Shown: positions 17,603 to 28,087 of the stretch, piece by piece | Layout of the letters: each line of letters starts with the position of its first letter | Numbering within the stretch: the first letter of the stretch is position 1 | DNA from: Candidatus Nomurabacteria bacterium | GTDB taxonomy: Bacteria > Patescibacteriota > Minisyncoccia > Phycocordibacterales > UBA918 | Direction: 5' to 3' | Length of the DNA stretch: 64,000 bases | Assembly: GCA_020632095.1 (NCBI GenBank) | Contig: JACKGF010000001.1 | Span: forward strand, 444,937-508,936 | Made by a program: the position numbers and the translations under genes | Notes under the pieces: generated by a model | Database searches by the model: none | What the model was told of the DNA's origin: nothing | Seen by the model: only the letters and a program-made list of their open reading frames with translations

Positions 17603-20600
17603 ATGCCCTACCCCAAACTAACTTCCGACTTCGTACACCTACACGTCCACTCAATGTATTCCCTCCTCAACGCCGTCCCTACCCCCAAGGAACTGGCCGC
17701 TACTGCCAAAGCCGACAGTCAGGACGCTCTTGCTATCACCGACGCTGGCGCACTTTACGGTGCGATAGATTTTTACAAAGCTTGCACCAAAGAAGAAATA
17801 AAACCCATTATTGGTCTCGATGCCTTTTTAGCACCGCGTACGCGTTTTGATAAAGAAGTAAACATCGACCGCCCACGCTCTCGACTAGTCTTACTAGCCA
17901 AGACTTTCAAAGGCTACCAAAACTTAATTCAACTTGTTACTGATTCAAACCTAAACGGTTTTTATTATCGGCCACGCCTAGACGAGGAGTTACTTGCAAA
18001 ATACAAAGAAGACTTAGTTTGTATCATCCCCTCTTTTGCTGGTGAAGTTGCTCAAGCCCTAAAAGATATTAACCCTGATAAAGCCGCCGAGCGACTCGAT
18101 TGGTACCGTAATACTTTCGGTGAAAATTGCTACTTGGAAATCTCTCATCACCCAGAAATTTTTGACCATGAAGAAAACCAAAAAAGAATTATTGATCTAG
18201 CTAACAAGACTGAAACTCCTTTAGTCGCGGCTCATGATGTTTATTATTTGAAACCAGGAGACCGCTTGGCGCGCGAGACGATGATTAAAATTCAGAGCGG
18301 TGGTGTCGTAGACACCACCGCGGACCACGATGGAGGCGAAAATTTCTCTTTTACTACTCAAGCCGAAATGAAAAAGTGGTTTGCTGACACCCCAGAAGCA
18401 ATTAATAATACAGTCAAGATCGCTGAACAGTGTAACGTTGAAATCGAAATCGGTACTCATTGGTATTTTCCCAATTACATTATTGAAAGTGGCAAAACTC
18501 CAGACGATGAACTAAAAGACATGGCCTACAAAGGCGTCGCTTGGCGCAAGCATGACATAACTGACAAAGTTATTAAAGAGCGAATCGACTATGAGCTAGA
18601 AGTCATTAAAAATAAAGGTTATTCGACCTATTTCTTGGCGGTGGGAGACCTACTACGCGAGGCCCGTGAACGTGGCATCTACACCACTATTCGAGGTTCC
18701 GTAGCTGGTAGTTATGCAACTTACGTGCTTGGTATTACCAACGTAGACCCCTTAGAATACAAACTTCCTTTCGAGCGTTTTCTCAACCCGGAACGACCAT
18801 CCGCTCCAGATATCGATATGGACTTTGCCGATAATAGACGCGATGAAATTATCGAGTACGCCAAAGAGAAATACGGCGCTGACAAGGTCGCTCAAATTGG
18901 TACTTTTGGCACCATGATGGCCAAAGCAGCAGTGCGTGACGTGGCTCGTGCCCTTGGTCATTCCTATTCAACTGGAGATCGTATCTCGAAACTAATCCCG
19001 TTAGGGGCTCAAGGTTTCCCTATGACTATCGATCGGGCTATTGAGATAGAACCAGAACTAGCCGAACTATACAAAAAAGACGCCGAATCACGTGAAGTAA
19101 TCGATCTAGCCAAGCAAATTGAAGGACGCGTACGACACTTAGGTGTTCACGCGGCTGGCGTGGTAATTGCCCCTGAGCCACTAAATCAATTTGTCCCTAT
19201 TCAGCCCGACTCGAAAACTGGAAAGTCGATTACTCAATACGAAATGCACAGTGTGGGTGAAGACGGTGTTGGTTTACTAAAATTTGACTTCCTTGGTATC
19301 AAAAACTTAGCGATTCTAGCTGATGCGGTGAAGCGGGTAAAAAAGATTCGTAACATTGATATTGATATCGAAGACATTCCCCTTGATGATCAAACCACCT
19401 TTGACATGTTGGCTCGTGGTGAAACTATGGGACTCTTTCAACTAAACGGTACTGGCATGACTTCGTTCTTGAAGCAACTTAAGCCAACTACTATTCACGA
19501 CATCAATGCGATGGTAGCCCTCTATCGACCTGGACCGATGGAAATGATTCCGCAGTATATTGAACGTAAACACAACCCAACTCTTGTTTCTTATCTCGAC
19601 CCGCGTCTCGAAGAAATTCTTGATCGTTCTTACGGCGTTATTACTTACCAAGACGACGTGATGATGACCTCAATTAAGCTAGCTGGCTATTCTTGGCTGG
19701 AAGCAGACAAACTGCGTAAAGCGATGGGTAAAAAAGTGCCAGAAATTATGGCCGCGGAAAAGGAAAAACTTTTTAACGGTTTTATTGAACATGGCATGAC
19801 GGAAGCCAAAGCGGAAAAACTTTGGGCTTTAATTGAACCTTTCGCTGCTTACGGATTCAACAAAGCACACGCCGCTAGCTATGGTCGAGTTGCCTATCAA
19901 ACCGCCTATATGAAGGCTAATTTCCCGGTTGAATACATGTCTGCGGTCCTAACTGCCGACTCTGGTGATACTGAACGTATCTCCGACAGTATTCATGAAT
20001 GCGAACGAATGGGTATTGATGTATTGCCACCAGACATCAACGAATCTTTTGAAGATTTTTCAGTAGTACCAGGCACACAGACTATCCGCTTTGGACTAAC
20101 AACCATCAAAAACTTTGGGGCTGGTATAGCTGACATTATCATTACCGAGCGAAAAGCCAACGGGGCCTTCACCTCCATGCAAGATTTTTTAACACGCATT
20201 CACGACCGTGGTCTAAACAAAAAATCTATTGAAGCCTTAGTAACAACTGGAGCTTTCGATAGTTTTGAAGAACGTGGCATACTTTTCACCAACATAGACA
20301 ACATGCTTGCCTACAACCGCGAACAGATAGTAGGTAAAGAATCCAATCAAGACTCACTCTTTGGCGGGATGGCTGACGTACACAACTTGTCTCTCCTACC
20401 AGCTGACAAGGCTACTATGATGCAAAAACTACTATGGGAAAAAGAACTACTTGGCATCTACGTATCAGGCCACCCACTAGACGAATATAAAGCTGAGGTC
20501 GATAAGCGTCCTCATATTTCTCAAGTCAAAAAAAGTTATCAGGGCACGACTGTTGTTACTACTGGTTTGATTGAAGTGGTTAAAGAACTCCTGACCAAGA

Positions 20601-20821
20601 AGGGCGACAAGATGGCTTTTATCAAACTATCAGATCAAGTCGATAGTATCGAAACCGTCACCTTCCCTGAGACCTTCACCCAATACCGCGAACTATTAGT
20701 CCCTGGCACCTGTGTGGCCATCCAAGGCAAATTCAACCTCCGTAACGACGAACCAAGTATTTTGATTGATAAGATAAAATTACTAGGACCAAGTAATTTA
20801 AAAATTGAAACTCTTTCTTAA
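17603..20821 (+). CDS. dnaE: DNA polymerase III alpha subunit
   Basis: PHP domain HLHVHSMYSLL; polymerase core; 1072 aa. Confidence 0.9.
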   Translation: MPYPKLTSDFVHLHVHSMYSLLNAVPTPKELAATAKADSQDALAITDAGALYGAIDFYKACTKEEIKPIIGLDAFLAPRTRFDKEVNIDRPRSRLVLLAKTFKGYQNLIQLVTDSNLNGFYYRPRLDEELLAKYKEDLVCIIPSFAGEVAQALKDINPDKAAERLDWYRNTFGENCYLEISHHPEIFDHEENQKRIIDLANKTETPLVAAHDVYYLKPGDRLARETMIKIQSGGVVDTTADHDGGENFSFTTQAEMKKWFADTPEAINNTVKIAEQCNVEIEIGTHWYFPNYIIESGKTPDDELKDMAYKGVAWRKHDITDKVIKERIDYELEVIKNKGYSTYFLAVGDLLREARERGIYTTIRGSVAGSYATYVLGITNVDPLEYKLPFERFLNPERPSAPDIDMDFADNRRDEIIEYAKEKYGADKVAQIGTFGTMMAKAAVRDVARALGHSYSTGDRISKLIPLGAQGFPMTIDRAIEIEPELAELYKKDAESREVIDLAKQIEGRVRHLGVHAAGVVIAPEPLNQFVPIQPDSKTGKSITQYEMHSVGEDGVGLLKFDFLGIKNLAILADAVKRVKKIRNIDIDIEDIPLDDQTTFDMLARGETMGLFQLNGTGMTSFLKQLKPTTIHDINAMVALYRPGPMEMIPQYIERKHNPTLVSYLDPRLEEILDRSYGVITYQDDVMMTSIKLAGYSWLEADKLRKAMGKKVPEIMAAEKEKLFNGFIEHGMTEAKAEKLWALIEPFAAYGFNKAHAASYGRVAYQTAYMKANFPVEYMSAVLTADSGDTERISDSIHECERMGIDVLPPDINESFEDFSVVPGTQTIRFGLTTIKNFGAGIADIIITERKANGAFTSMQDFLTRIHDRGLNKKSIEALVTTGAFDSFEERGILFTNIDNMLAYNREQIVGKESNQDSLFGGMADVHNLSLLPADKATMMQKLLWEKELLGIYVSGHPLDEYKAEVDKRPHISQVKKSYQGTTVVTTGLIEVVKELLTKKGDKMAFIKLSDQVDSIETVTFPETFTQYRELLVPGTCVAIQGKFNLRNDEPSILIDKIKLLGPSNLKIETLS

Positions 20822-21093
20822 GACAGAAAATTGTATTATTAAAACAATTCTTTTCTAGGAAAATTAATTGGGACAATTTCTTTTGTAAAAATACTCATTT
20901 TAAAATAACTTTAACACAGAGATTTAGCTCGAACATTTGACAATTTACGTCTGCGCGTTAGGATAGTAGATATAGAAATTGTGGTGCTTACCAAACACCA
21001 GAGCAATGCTCGAAGTCAATTTGATTTCCTAATCTGTAATAATGAGCGCTGGTTGGAATACTGACCGGAAACTCGGTGGAACCGCGATCAAGA

Positions 21094-21143
21094 TCGTCCG
21101 AGTAAAAATTCAATTTGTTGAATTTTTACTCGGACGATTTTTT
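21094..21143 (+). terminator. strong intrinsic terminator, possibly the 3' end of a small RNA
   Basis: tcgtccgagtaaaaattcaa-tttg-ttgaatttttactcggacga followed by tttttt; about 270 nt after the dnaE stop. Confidence 0.6.
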
Positions 21144-21453
21144 AAATGAGCAAATGCCCTGCGGGCATATTGCGAATTTATGTCTCAATCTGCCCCCCTT
21201 CCTAGGGCAGATTGCTAGACGAACAAAGTCCAGCCCTGTCTATTTATTATCCAGCGACTATTACGAACGTACATTGCTGGAAAATAATGAGCCTGCGAAT
21301 ATATTTTCTGTATGCTTTGCACAAGATTTGCCTAGCCTTAGAGCAAATATAGAGGTAAGTCACTCTAACTCAAAACAATCTCTTTTCTCTTCCGAAAAGA
21401 ATTGCTAAACAAAGTCCACACCCTTTTACCAGAAACACTCAAGAAACTAAAAT

Positions 21454-23199
21454 ATGGAACAAAAAATTGAACACAAACGACACACACTCGCCCACTTACT
21501 GGCGGCAGCAGTATTGGAAAAATATCCTCACGCTAAGTTAACGCTTGGCCCAGCGATTGACACCGGCTTCTACTACGACATCGACTTCACTGGTGGCGAC
21601 ACACCGGGCGACGAAGATTTGAAAGATTTGCAAAAGAGAATGAAAAAACTGATTAACTCCTGGACTGAGTTTTCTCATGAAGAAGTTTCGGTTGCAGAAG
21701 CTAGCAAGGTTTTTGCAGGCAATGAGTATAAACTGGAACTAATCAAAGAAATTGCCGAACGTGGTGAAACTATCACTCTCTACACCTGCGGTAAATTTAC
21801 CGACCTCTGTCGTGGTGGTCACTGTGAGAATCCAAAGGCCGAACTAGCGATGGACGCCTTCAAGCTCGACAAAATAGCCGGTGCTTACTGGCGTGGTGAC
21901 GAGAAGAACCCGATGTTAACCCGTATCTACGGCGTCGCTTTTGATACAAAGGAAGAATTAGAAGCTTACGAAAAGCTACAAGTTGAAGCCCGCGCCCGCG
22001 ACCACCGCAAACTGGGTAAAGAGCTAGATTTGTTTACTATTTCTCCGCTCGTCGGGGCTGGGCTCCCACTCCTGAAACCAAAAGGTATGATCATAAGACA
22101 AGAGATTGAAAATTACTTATGGGAATTACACAAAGACAAAGGATACTCTCGAGTCTGGACACCTCACATCACAAATATCTCTCTTTACGAAACTAGCGGT
22201 CACGCAGAAAAATTTGGTGAAGAACTGTTTCGGGTAAAAGGTGGAGATGAGAACTTCGCACTCAAACCAATGAACTGCCCTCATCATATGCAGATTTTTA
22301 GTGACAATCATTTCTCTTACCGAGACATGCCTGTACGATACTTTGAACCGGCCACCGTATATCGTTATGAAAAATCTGGTCAGCTATCTGGCCTCACCCG
22401 CGTACGAGCTATCACGCAAGATGATGGACACCTTTTCTGTCGAGTTTCACAAATCACTGAGGAGGTATCGACCATCGTTGGTATCATCAGGGAATTTTAC
22501 GGCACAATGGGACTGCTTGATGACTATTGGGTAAGTCTCTCTGTTCGAGGTGGTGACAATATGTATCTCGGAAGTGACGATGTTTGGAAAGAGGCCGAAT
22601 CATCCCTTGAAAAGGCCGCTTTAGACAACAACCTTAAATACAAACGAGTTGAAGGTGAGGCCGCATTCTATGGTCCAAAGCTAGACTTTATGTTTAAAGA
22701 CGCTATCGGCCGTGAATGGCAATTAGCTACTATTCAGTGTGATTTCAATCTACCAGAAAGATTTAAACTTACCTTCACAAATGAGAAAGGAGAAAAGGAA
22801 CAACCAGTGGTTATCCATCGCGCAATCTCTGGCTCACTGGAACGCTTTATGGGGGTAATGATTGAACATTTTGCTGGCAAATTCCCTCTTTGGCTTTCAC
22901 CAGTGCAAATAGCTATAATTCCAGTCGCTGATACTCACGTTGAATATGCCAGTAAAGTGGCCGCCACCTTACGCGAGAAAGACTTCCGGGTTGAACTTGA
23001 TACTTCAAATGAAAGCATGGGCAAGAAAATTCGAGCAGCTAAACAACAAAAACTCCCCTACTTCATTGTTATTGGTGATAAGGAAACTGAGAATCATGAA
23101 GTCACTCTAGAAACTCGTGATTCCGAAACGAATCAATCAATTTCAGTTAAAGAACTTATAGCAAGTCTTTCAGATGAAAGAGACAACCGAGAACTATAG
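21454..23199 (+). CDS. thrS: threonyl-tRNA synthetase, lacking the N-terminal TGS domain
   Basis: class II motifs, HRKLGKELDLF, Zn-binding CPHH; ends TAG. Confidence 0.9.
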   Translation: MEQKIEHKRHTLAHLLAAAVLEKYPHAKLTLGPAIDTGFYYDIDFTGGDTPGDEDLKDLQKRMKKLINSWTEFSHEEVSVAEASKVFAGNEYKLELIKEIAERGETITLYTCGKFTDLCRGGHCENPKAELAMDAFKLDKIAGAYWRGDEKNPMLTRIYGVAFDTKEELEAYEKLQVEARARDHRKLGKELDLFTISPLVGAGLPLLKPKGMIIRQEIENYLWELHKDKGYSRVWTPHITNISLYETSGHAEKFGEELFRVKGGDENFALKPMNCPHHMQIFSDNHFSYRDMPVRYFEPATVYRYEKSGQLSGLTRVRAITQDDGHLFCRVSQITEEVSTIVGIIREFYGTMGLLDDYWVSLSVRGGDNMYLGSDDVWKEAESSLEKAALDNNLKYKRVEGEAAFYGPKLDFMFKDAIGREWQLATIQCDFNLPERFKLTFTNEKGEKEQPVVIHRAISGSLERFMGVMIEHFAGKFPLWLSPVQIAIIPVADTHVEYASKVAATLREKDFRVELDTSNESMGKKIRAAKQQKLPYFIVIGDKETENHEVTLETRDSETNQSISVKELIASLSDERDNREL

Positions 23200-23292
23200 A
23201 ATCAACCAACATGAACCTAGATGATTTGCTAGCGAAATTAAACAAGGAGGTTAACGTATAAGAAGATAGGATGTTCTTGTAGAGTAATAAAA

Positions 23293-23336
23293 AGAAAAGA
23301 CCGGCCACATAGGGCCGGTCTTTTCTTTTTTTACTG
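23293..23336. terminator. bidirectional terminator
   Basis: gaaaagaccggcc...ggccggtcttttc with a T-run; between convergent genes. Confidence 0.6.
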
Positions 23337-23340
23337 CAAA

Positions 23341-26300
23341 CTAATCAACCTCCTTCACTGCTTTCATAATTGCCATTTTCACGGCTGAAGCTTCGTCGTT
23401 GTAGGTTCCGTCTAGCGCAGAAGTTAGAGCATTAATCATGTTCTTGATTTGGTCATCAGATAGCTTTGCTGCTTCGGCAGTCAACATATCAGACACAATT
23501 TCATTGCCGCCAAGTCGATTACGGTAAACTGAATCCAAGTCGGAAGCCGCGTCAGCCAAAGCAAACATTGGTCGGTGTCCAATCATTTCATAGGCAGCCA
23601 CAATGTTACCAGTTACAATTGCTTCTGCTAGTGATCCGCTTCCTTCTGGTATGGTCGAAGGAATGAAAGGATCCTCTACTTCAGTTACTGAATTAGCTAA
23701 ACAAGTATCACACAAACCGCGCATTCTAGTTTCATTAATTACAATCCAACCATCTTCAAGCGGGTAATGCTTTTTTGACTCCTTGATGACATTGTCTAAA
23801 GCTTCATTTCGCTCCACCTCTCCAGTAGTATTTCCCATAAAGTAACGAATAGCGTCACTTGAAAGCAATGCCTTTTGTTCATGCGCTCGATTCTCCAAGG
23901 CTGTTACTACAGCATCAGTGGCTTGATGAGGATTAGTTGTTTCTGGTTCAGACACAACTTCTTCGACATTCTCCTCAACTGCCTCAACAGCAGAATCAGT
24001 GGCATAGTTTGCATAACCAATTACTGGAGCTGCAGTCGGAAGATTTGAAGGTTCAGTATAAACCGGAGCAGAAGCATAAGTTGATGCTGCAGCATAATTG
24101 TTATGTGGAGTTGTTTCCACTACCTTTTCTGACTCAACTTTTTTTACAGCTGTTTCAGTAAATACCACACTGTTAATAGAAGCCTGCTTTCTGATTACCA
24201 ATAAGTAAGTTATGTAGAAGGCCCAAGCAATCAGCAAAGCGTAAAACATGAAAGTCATTATCGGACCAGCTTCAAATCCAGTGTATGGTACTTGACTAAG
24301 TGAGATACCAGCTACCAAAGGTTGTTGATCGCGAGTTTGTAAAACAACAACATTATCTTCAGTCTTAACTGAAACATTACACTCAACATCTCTTGAACCT
24401 CGTTCAGCCAACAATGTGTATTTGGTGTCTCTGGTTGGCCTCAACACAATTGAGCCATCGTAGTAATCTTTCTTTTCACTAGATAGATATTGATCAGTAC
24501 TAAACACTACCTTACCCTTATCATCAGTCAAAGTAAGTTCAGTGGCATTTGAAGTGTTCCAGATTAGAGTAACTTTTTCACCACTCTTAATTTTTGAATC
24601 AGAGATAGTTAATTCACAACGTGGAGTAGGAGTACCCCCACCACCCCCACCACCAGTAGTCACATCAATTGATACTGGACAAGACACACTGTCACTTCCT
24701 CTAGTTGCCTTTAATACGTAAGTGGTGTCAGACGATGGAGAGACTGATTGAGTACCAGATAAAGCAGAAGAATTTATCACACTGATTGATACTGAGTCTA
24801 CATCAGTTGTACTCCAGTTCAGTGTCGCTGATTGACCTCGCTTAATTGAACTAGCAGAAATAGAAAATGATACATTGTCCTTACAAGTCAAAGCTGGTTC
24901 TGGATCAGCTACCACTACTGGAGCTGGACAAGTAACCTTAGTCCCATCAGCGTCAGTTGCTGTTAGCACAAAGTTGGACGATTCGGTAATACCGACAACC
25001 TTTGAATCTACTAAGGCCACCGACCCAACAATTGGAGAAATTGATACAGTACTAGCATTTAGAACCTTCCAGTTCAAAGTCACATCTCCCCCACCAGCTG
25101 GCAAACTACTTGGAGTAGCTGTAAATAATTCACAAACAGGAACTTTTTTTTCAGTTACAGTCACAGGAACCTCACAGTCTACTGTCTTTTCATCAGCTCC
25201 CATTGCTGTCAATTTATAAGTAATGTTTGATAGTGGTGACACTTCAATATTTCCATCCACTGCAACATCACCAATTCCATTATTAATGAACACTCGCGTA
25301 GCATTAGTTGTTTCCCAACTAAGAGTTGAACTAGCACCCACTAAAATAGAACTTGGAGTTGCCTTGAACATGTCACAACTTGGAGCTGGAGTAACTACCT
25401 TCACTGGAGAATTCCAAGCGACACAATAGTATGTTTGATCAGCTTTCAATCCATCAATGTAATCGTGGTTATCATAGTTGATAACATCGTTATGACAATA
25501 AAATTCAGCTGACACATTATCAACGTTGGTGTGTCCATTTTGCCCGTAAGTGAACGGGATGTATCCACTCTTTAGAACTTCACGGAACCAAACTTTTTCT
25601 CTAGTTTTGTCACTCAGATTGATCTGCACAGAAGTCTTTCCAAATGAGCCAGTTGGTCCAAAAGCATACCAAGGTGAATTTGCTTTACCAATAAGAGTAT
25701 CGCCTGGATCTGAGGTGTATGTATCAGTCCATTCAAATTCCCATCCTTCAGCAAACGAACAAGTATCATGAGTCGCTACCCAATTAGCTGCTGTATTAGC
25801 AGTAATATCTGGACCTCCATTACCATAATTTGGCAATTGAGCCTCATCGGTACAAATAATCTTTTGTGCTACAACTGTAGCTTTTTCAATTACTTTTTCA
25901 CTTACTTTAACTTGCGCGTTACATTTTACTTCTCCATCAGGACCAGTCGCAGTCAATAGATAATTAGTATCGGCAAACAAAGCACCGGTGGACTTTGAGC
26001 CACTCTGTGCTACTGCACCAAAACTAGAAATATTTACTGCTGTAGCGTTACTAGAAGTCCAATTTAATGTTGCGGTTCCGCCATAACTAATAGTTTGCAG
26101 AGCTGGAGTAAGAGTACAAGTTGGTGGTTTAGGAACATAACAATCGTTATCAACCATAGTTTTTACCACTGGGCTGTATACCCAGTTCTGATAGTTATTT
26201 AATTCCAGAGCCGTTGCCTTAGCTTGATTCTTTACTTCAAAATCACCACAAATCTCAGGAGTTGCTACTTTAGCAAACACAGAAATAGTACCAGTTTCTC

Positions 26301-27063
26301 CTGGGGTGAAAACGTCACCATTAAAATGTAGAGTTCGATTTGTGTTAGTGTAGACGGGATTTCCTCCATATCCAGCACTCAGATTGCTAGATAATTGATT
26401 GCTCACATAGACTAGATGTGAATCAAGCACATCTTCAATTTTTACACCACTACCAGTACAATCAGCATCACCAATATTCTTTACTGTAATTGTGTATTTT
26501 AGCTCGTCACCAACCACAGCAGTGCTTTTATTTACTGCTTTAGTGACTTCAAGCTCACACTTCTTAGGAACTTCAGGTGGTGGCAGACAACCAACATTCA
26601 CTCTAGCTATACAACTTGAACCGCTTTCATTAAGAGCTGTTAATGTATAGGTGGTATTTTCTTTGATGTTTGTAAAGGTTTTTGAACCCTTGTCACCACT
26701 TACTATCTGACCATTAATACTCCAACTATTAAAACCGGCAGTATCCCAGGAAAGAGTAACGCTGTCTCCAGTGTTCACTGTTTCAGTATTAGCAGTTAGG
26801 TGACATTCAGTAAACGAACCAGAGGATGATTCTGAGGATGCTCCAGAAGTACCTGAAGTACTGGTGACATAACTTGGTGTTTCGCCAAAACCAGTACCGA
26901 AGCTTGAACCAGAGCCAAAACTAGTTCCAGTACCGAAACTTGAATCAAACGCTAACAATGACACAGGGTTAGCTAGAACTGTGAAAGCAAATGCAAACAC
27001 AGCCATTGCGCTAGCAATCGCTTTAAAATATTTATTCATAAAGTGAATATCTGAGTTATTCAT
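23341..27063 (-). CDS. large cell-surface protein (DUF11-like repeats, Ig-like domains, poly-Gly linker, TM segment, cytoplasmic tail)
   Basis: signal peptide; VTKAVNKSTAVVGDELKYTITVKNIGDADCTG DUF11-like repeat; GGGGGGG linker; QVPYTG followed by a TM helix, then a roughly 300-aa C-terminal domain. Confidence 0.6.
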   Translation of the reverse strand: MNNSDIHFMNKYFKAIASAMAVFAFAFTVLANPVSLLAFDSSFGTGTSFGSGSSFGTGFGETPSYVTSTSGTSGASSESSSGSFTECHLTANTETVNTGDSVTLSWDTAGFNSWSINGQIVSGDKGSKTFTNIKENTTYTLTALNESGSSCIARVNVGCLPPPEVPKKCELEVTKAVNKSTAVVGDELKYTITVKNIGDADCTGSGVKIEDVLDSHLVYVSNQLSSNLSAGYGGNPVYTNTNRTLHFNGDVFTPGETGTISVFAKVATPEICGDFEVKNQAKATALELNNYQNWVYSPVVKTMVDNDCYVPKPPTCTLTPALQTISYGGTATLNWTSSNATAVNISSFGAVAQSGSKSTGALFADTNYLLTATGPDGEVKCNAQVKVSEKVIEKATVVAQKIICTDEAQLPNYGNGGPDITANTAANWVATHDTCSFAEGWEFEWTDTYTSDPGDTLIGKANSPWYAFGPTGSFGKTSVQINLSDKTREKVWFREVLKSGYIPFTYGQNGHTNVDNVSAEFYCHNDVINYDNHDYIDGLKADQTYYCVAWNSPVKVVTPAPSCDMFKATPSSILVGASSTLSWETTNATRVFINNGIGDVAVDGNIEVSPLSNITYKLTAMGADEKTVDCEVPVTVTEKKVPVCELFTATPSSLPAGGGDVTLNWKVLNASTVSISPIVGSVALVDSKVVGITESSNFVLTATDADGTKVTCPAPVVVADPEPALTCKDNVSFSISASSIKRGQSATLNWSTTDVDSVSISVINSSALSGTQSVSPSSDTTYVLKATRGSDSVSCPVSIDVTTGGGGGGGTPTPRCELTISDSKIKSGEKVTLIWNTSNATELTLTDDKGKVVFSTDQYLSSEKKDYYDGSIVLRPTRDTKYTLLAERGSRDVECNVSVKTEDNVVVLQTRDQQPLVAGISLSQVPYTGFEAGPIMTFMFYALLIAWAFYITYLLVIRKQASINSVVFTETAVKKVESEKVVETTPHNNYAAASTYASAPVYTEPSNLPTAAPVIGYANYATDSAVEAVEENVEEVVSEPETTNPHQATDAVVTALENRAHEQKALLSSDAIRYFMGNTTGEVERNEALDNVIKESKKHYPLEDGWIVINETRMRGLCDTCLANSVTEVEDPFIPSTIPEGSGSLAEAIVTGNIVAAYEMIGHRPMFALADAASDLDSVYRNRLGGNEIVSDMLTAEAAKLSDDQIKNMINALTSALDGTYNDEASAVKMAIMKAVKEVD

Positions 27064-27237
27064 AAGTTTTATACTCCCACCTACACTTTAAATACGTAAG
27101 AGTAATTAAGCCCACGAAAATACATTTCTGGTTTATTCTATATTCATTTTTGAACAGAGTATCACTCCTAACAACAAGAGAACTTCACTACCTTATCTAT
27201 GTATAATATACTAAAAAGTACCATTTGTCAATGGTAT

Positions 27238-27957
27238 TTAGAGTGACTTAACATTAATTTGCTTAGCTTCTACGATATACCTATCATCTACACTACCAAA
27301 ACTATTGCAGGTCGCCAAAACTAACGTTTTGCCAGTCCCAGCAATTGGTACAGTCACATCTTTAGCCTGCGCCCGATAAACTTTCTCCACCCGATACTCA
27401 AATACTTGATTGTCAGAAAAAACCTCAATTGTATCTCCCCACTCGAGATTTTGAATACCATTAAAAGCTTGGAAATTTTTATTAAATACTGTTGGCAAGT
27501 AACTGGAGTGTCCGAGCATAAAAACTGTCCCCTCTTGTGACATGGTCGCTGAATCAGGATGTCGTACTGCACCATTAAGCAAAGCTGCATCCAAGTCTGC
27601 AATACTTCTTGAGGTTGGATTTGAAACAGACACTACCTTATCAAGTTTTTTTATTGCGATACTAGTTGGCAAAATCACTTCATTGGTTGAACTTGCCTTT
27701 TCATCATCGACAACTTGATCATCACCCGTACCATCAATTTGAATTGAAGTTGACTGGTTTTCTTCATTAGAAACATCAACCACCGGTACAGACTCAACTT
27801 CTTCCGGTTGTTCAGAATCAGAAGTCGGAGCTTCCGGTAGCCAATCCAAAGCCACTAGAACTATATAAGAAACAGTAAACACCAAGAAAAACGTTAGCAA
27901 AAACGCCCACTTTCGACCCCAAATTTGCTCAAAGTTAATTCCCATACTTTTATTCAT
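27238..27957 (-). CDS. sortase-family transpeptidase
   Basis: N-terminal TM; His motif MLGHSSY; catalytic LVLATC (TLxTC-like) and downstream Arg. Confidence 0.7.
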   Translation of the reverse strand: MNKSMGINFEQIWGRKWAFLLTFFLVFTVSYIVLVALDWLPEAPTSDSEQPEEVESVPVVDVSNEENQSTSIQIDGTGDDQVVDDEKASSTNEVILPTSIAIKKLDKVVSVSNPTSRSIADLDAALLNGAVRHPDSATMSQEGTVFMLGHSSYLPTVFNKNFQAFNGIQNLEWGDTIEVFSDNQVFEYRVEKVYRAQAKDVTVPIAGTGKTLVLATCNSFGSVDDRYIVEAKQINVKSL

Positions 27958-28087
27958 AGATAAATTATGCTGTAATATATCACACTTGACCTAAAAGTCA
28001 AGAGTCGTAGGCAATGTTTCAATACCCTTTCATGTTTGTTTTTCATGTCTTGACAATTAGGTTTGAATATGGTAGCTTTTTGGCATT

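Noticed and set aside
20960-21143. Assignment of the dnaE-thrS sRNA candidate to 6S, SRP or tmRNA
   Set aside because: No 4.5S domain IV motif, no tmRNA tag reading frame, and no end-to-end closing stem expected for 6S. It is left as an unclassified candidate.
21115-21408. 97-aa ORF between dnaE and thrS
   Set aside because: It starts inside the terminator hairpin. The region is hairpin-rich (atgccctgcgggcat, caatctgcc...ggcagattg) and has no RBS, so it is more likely non-coding leader or sRNA.
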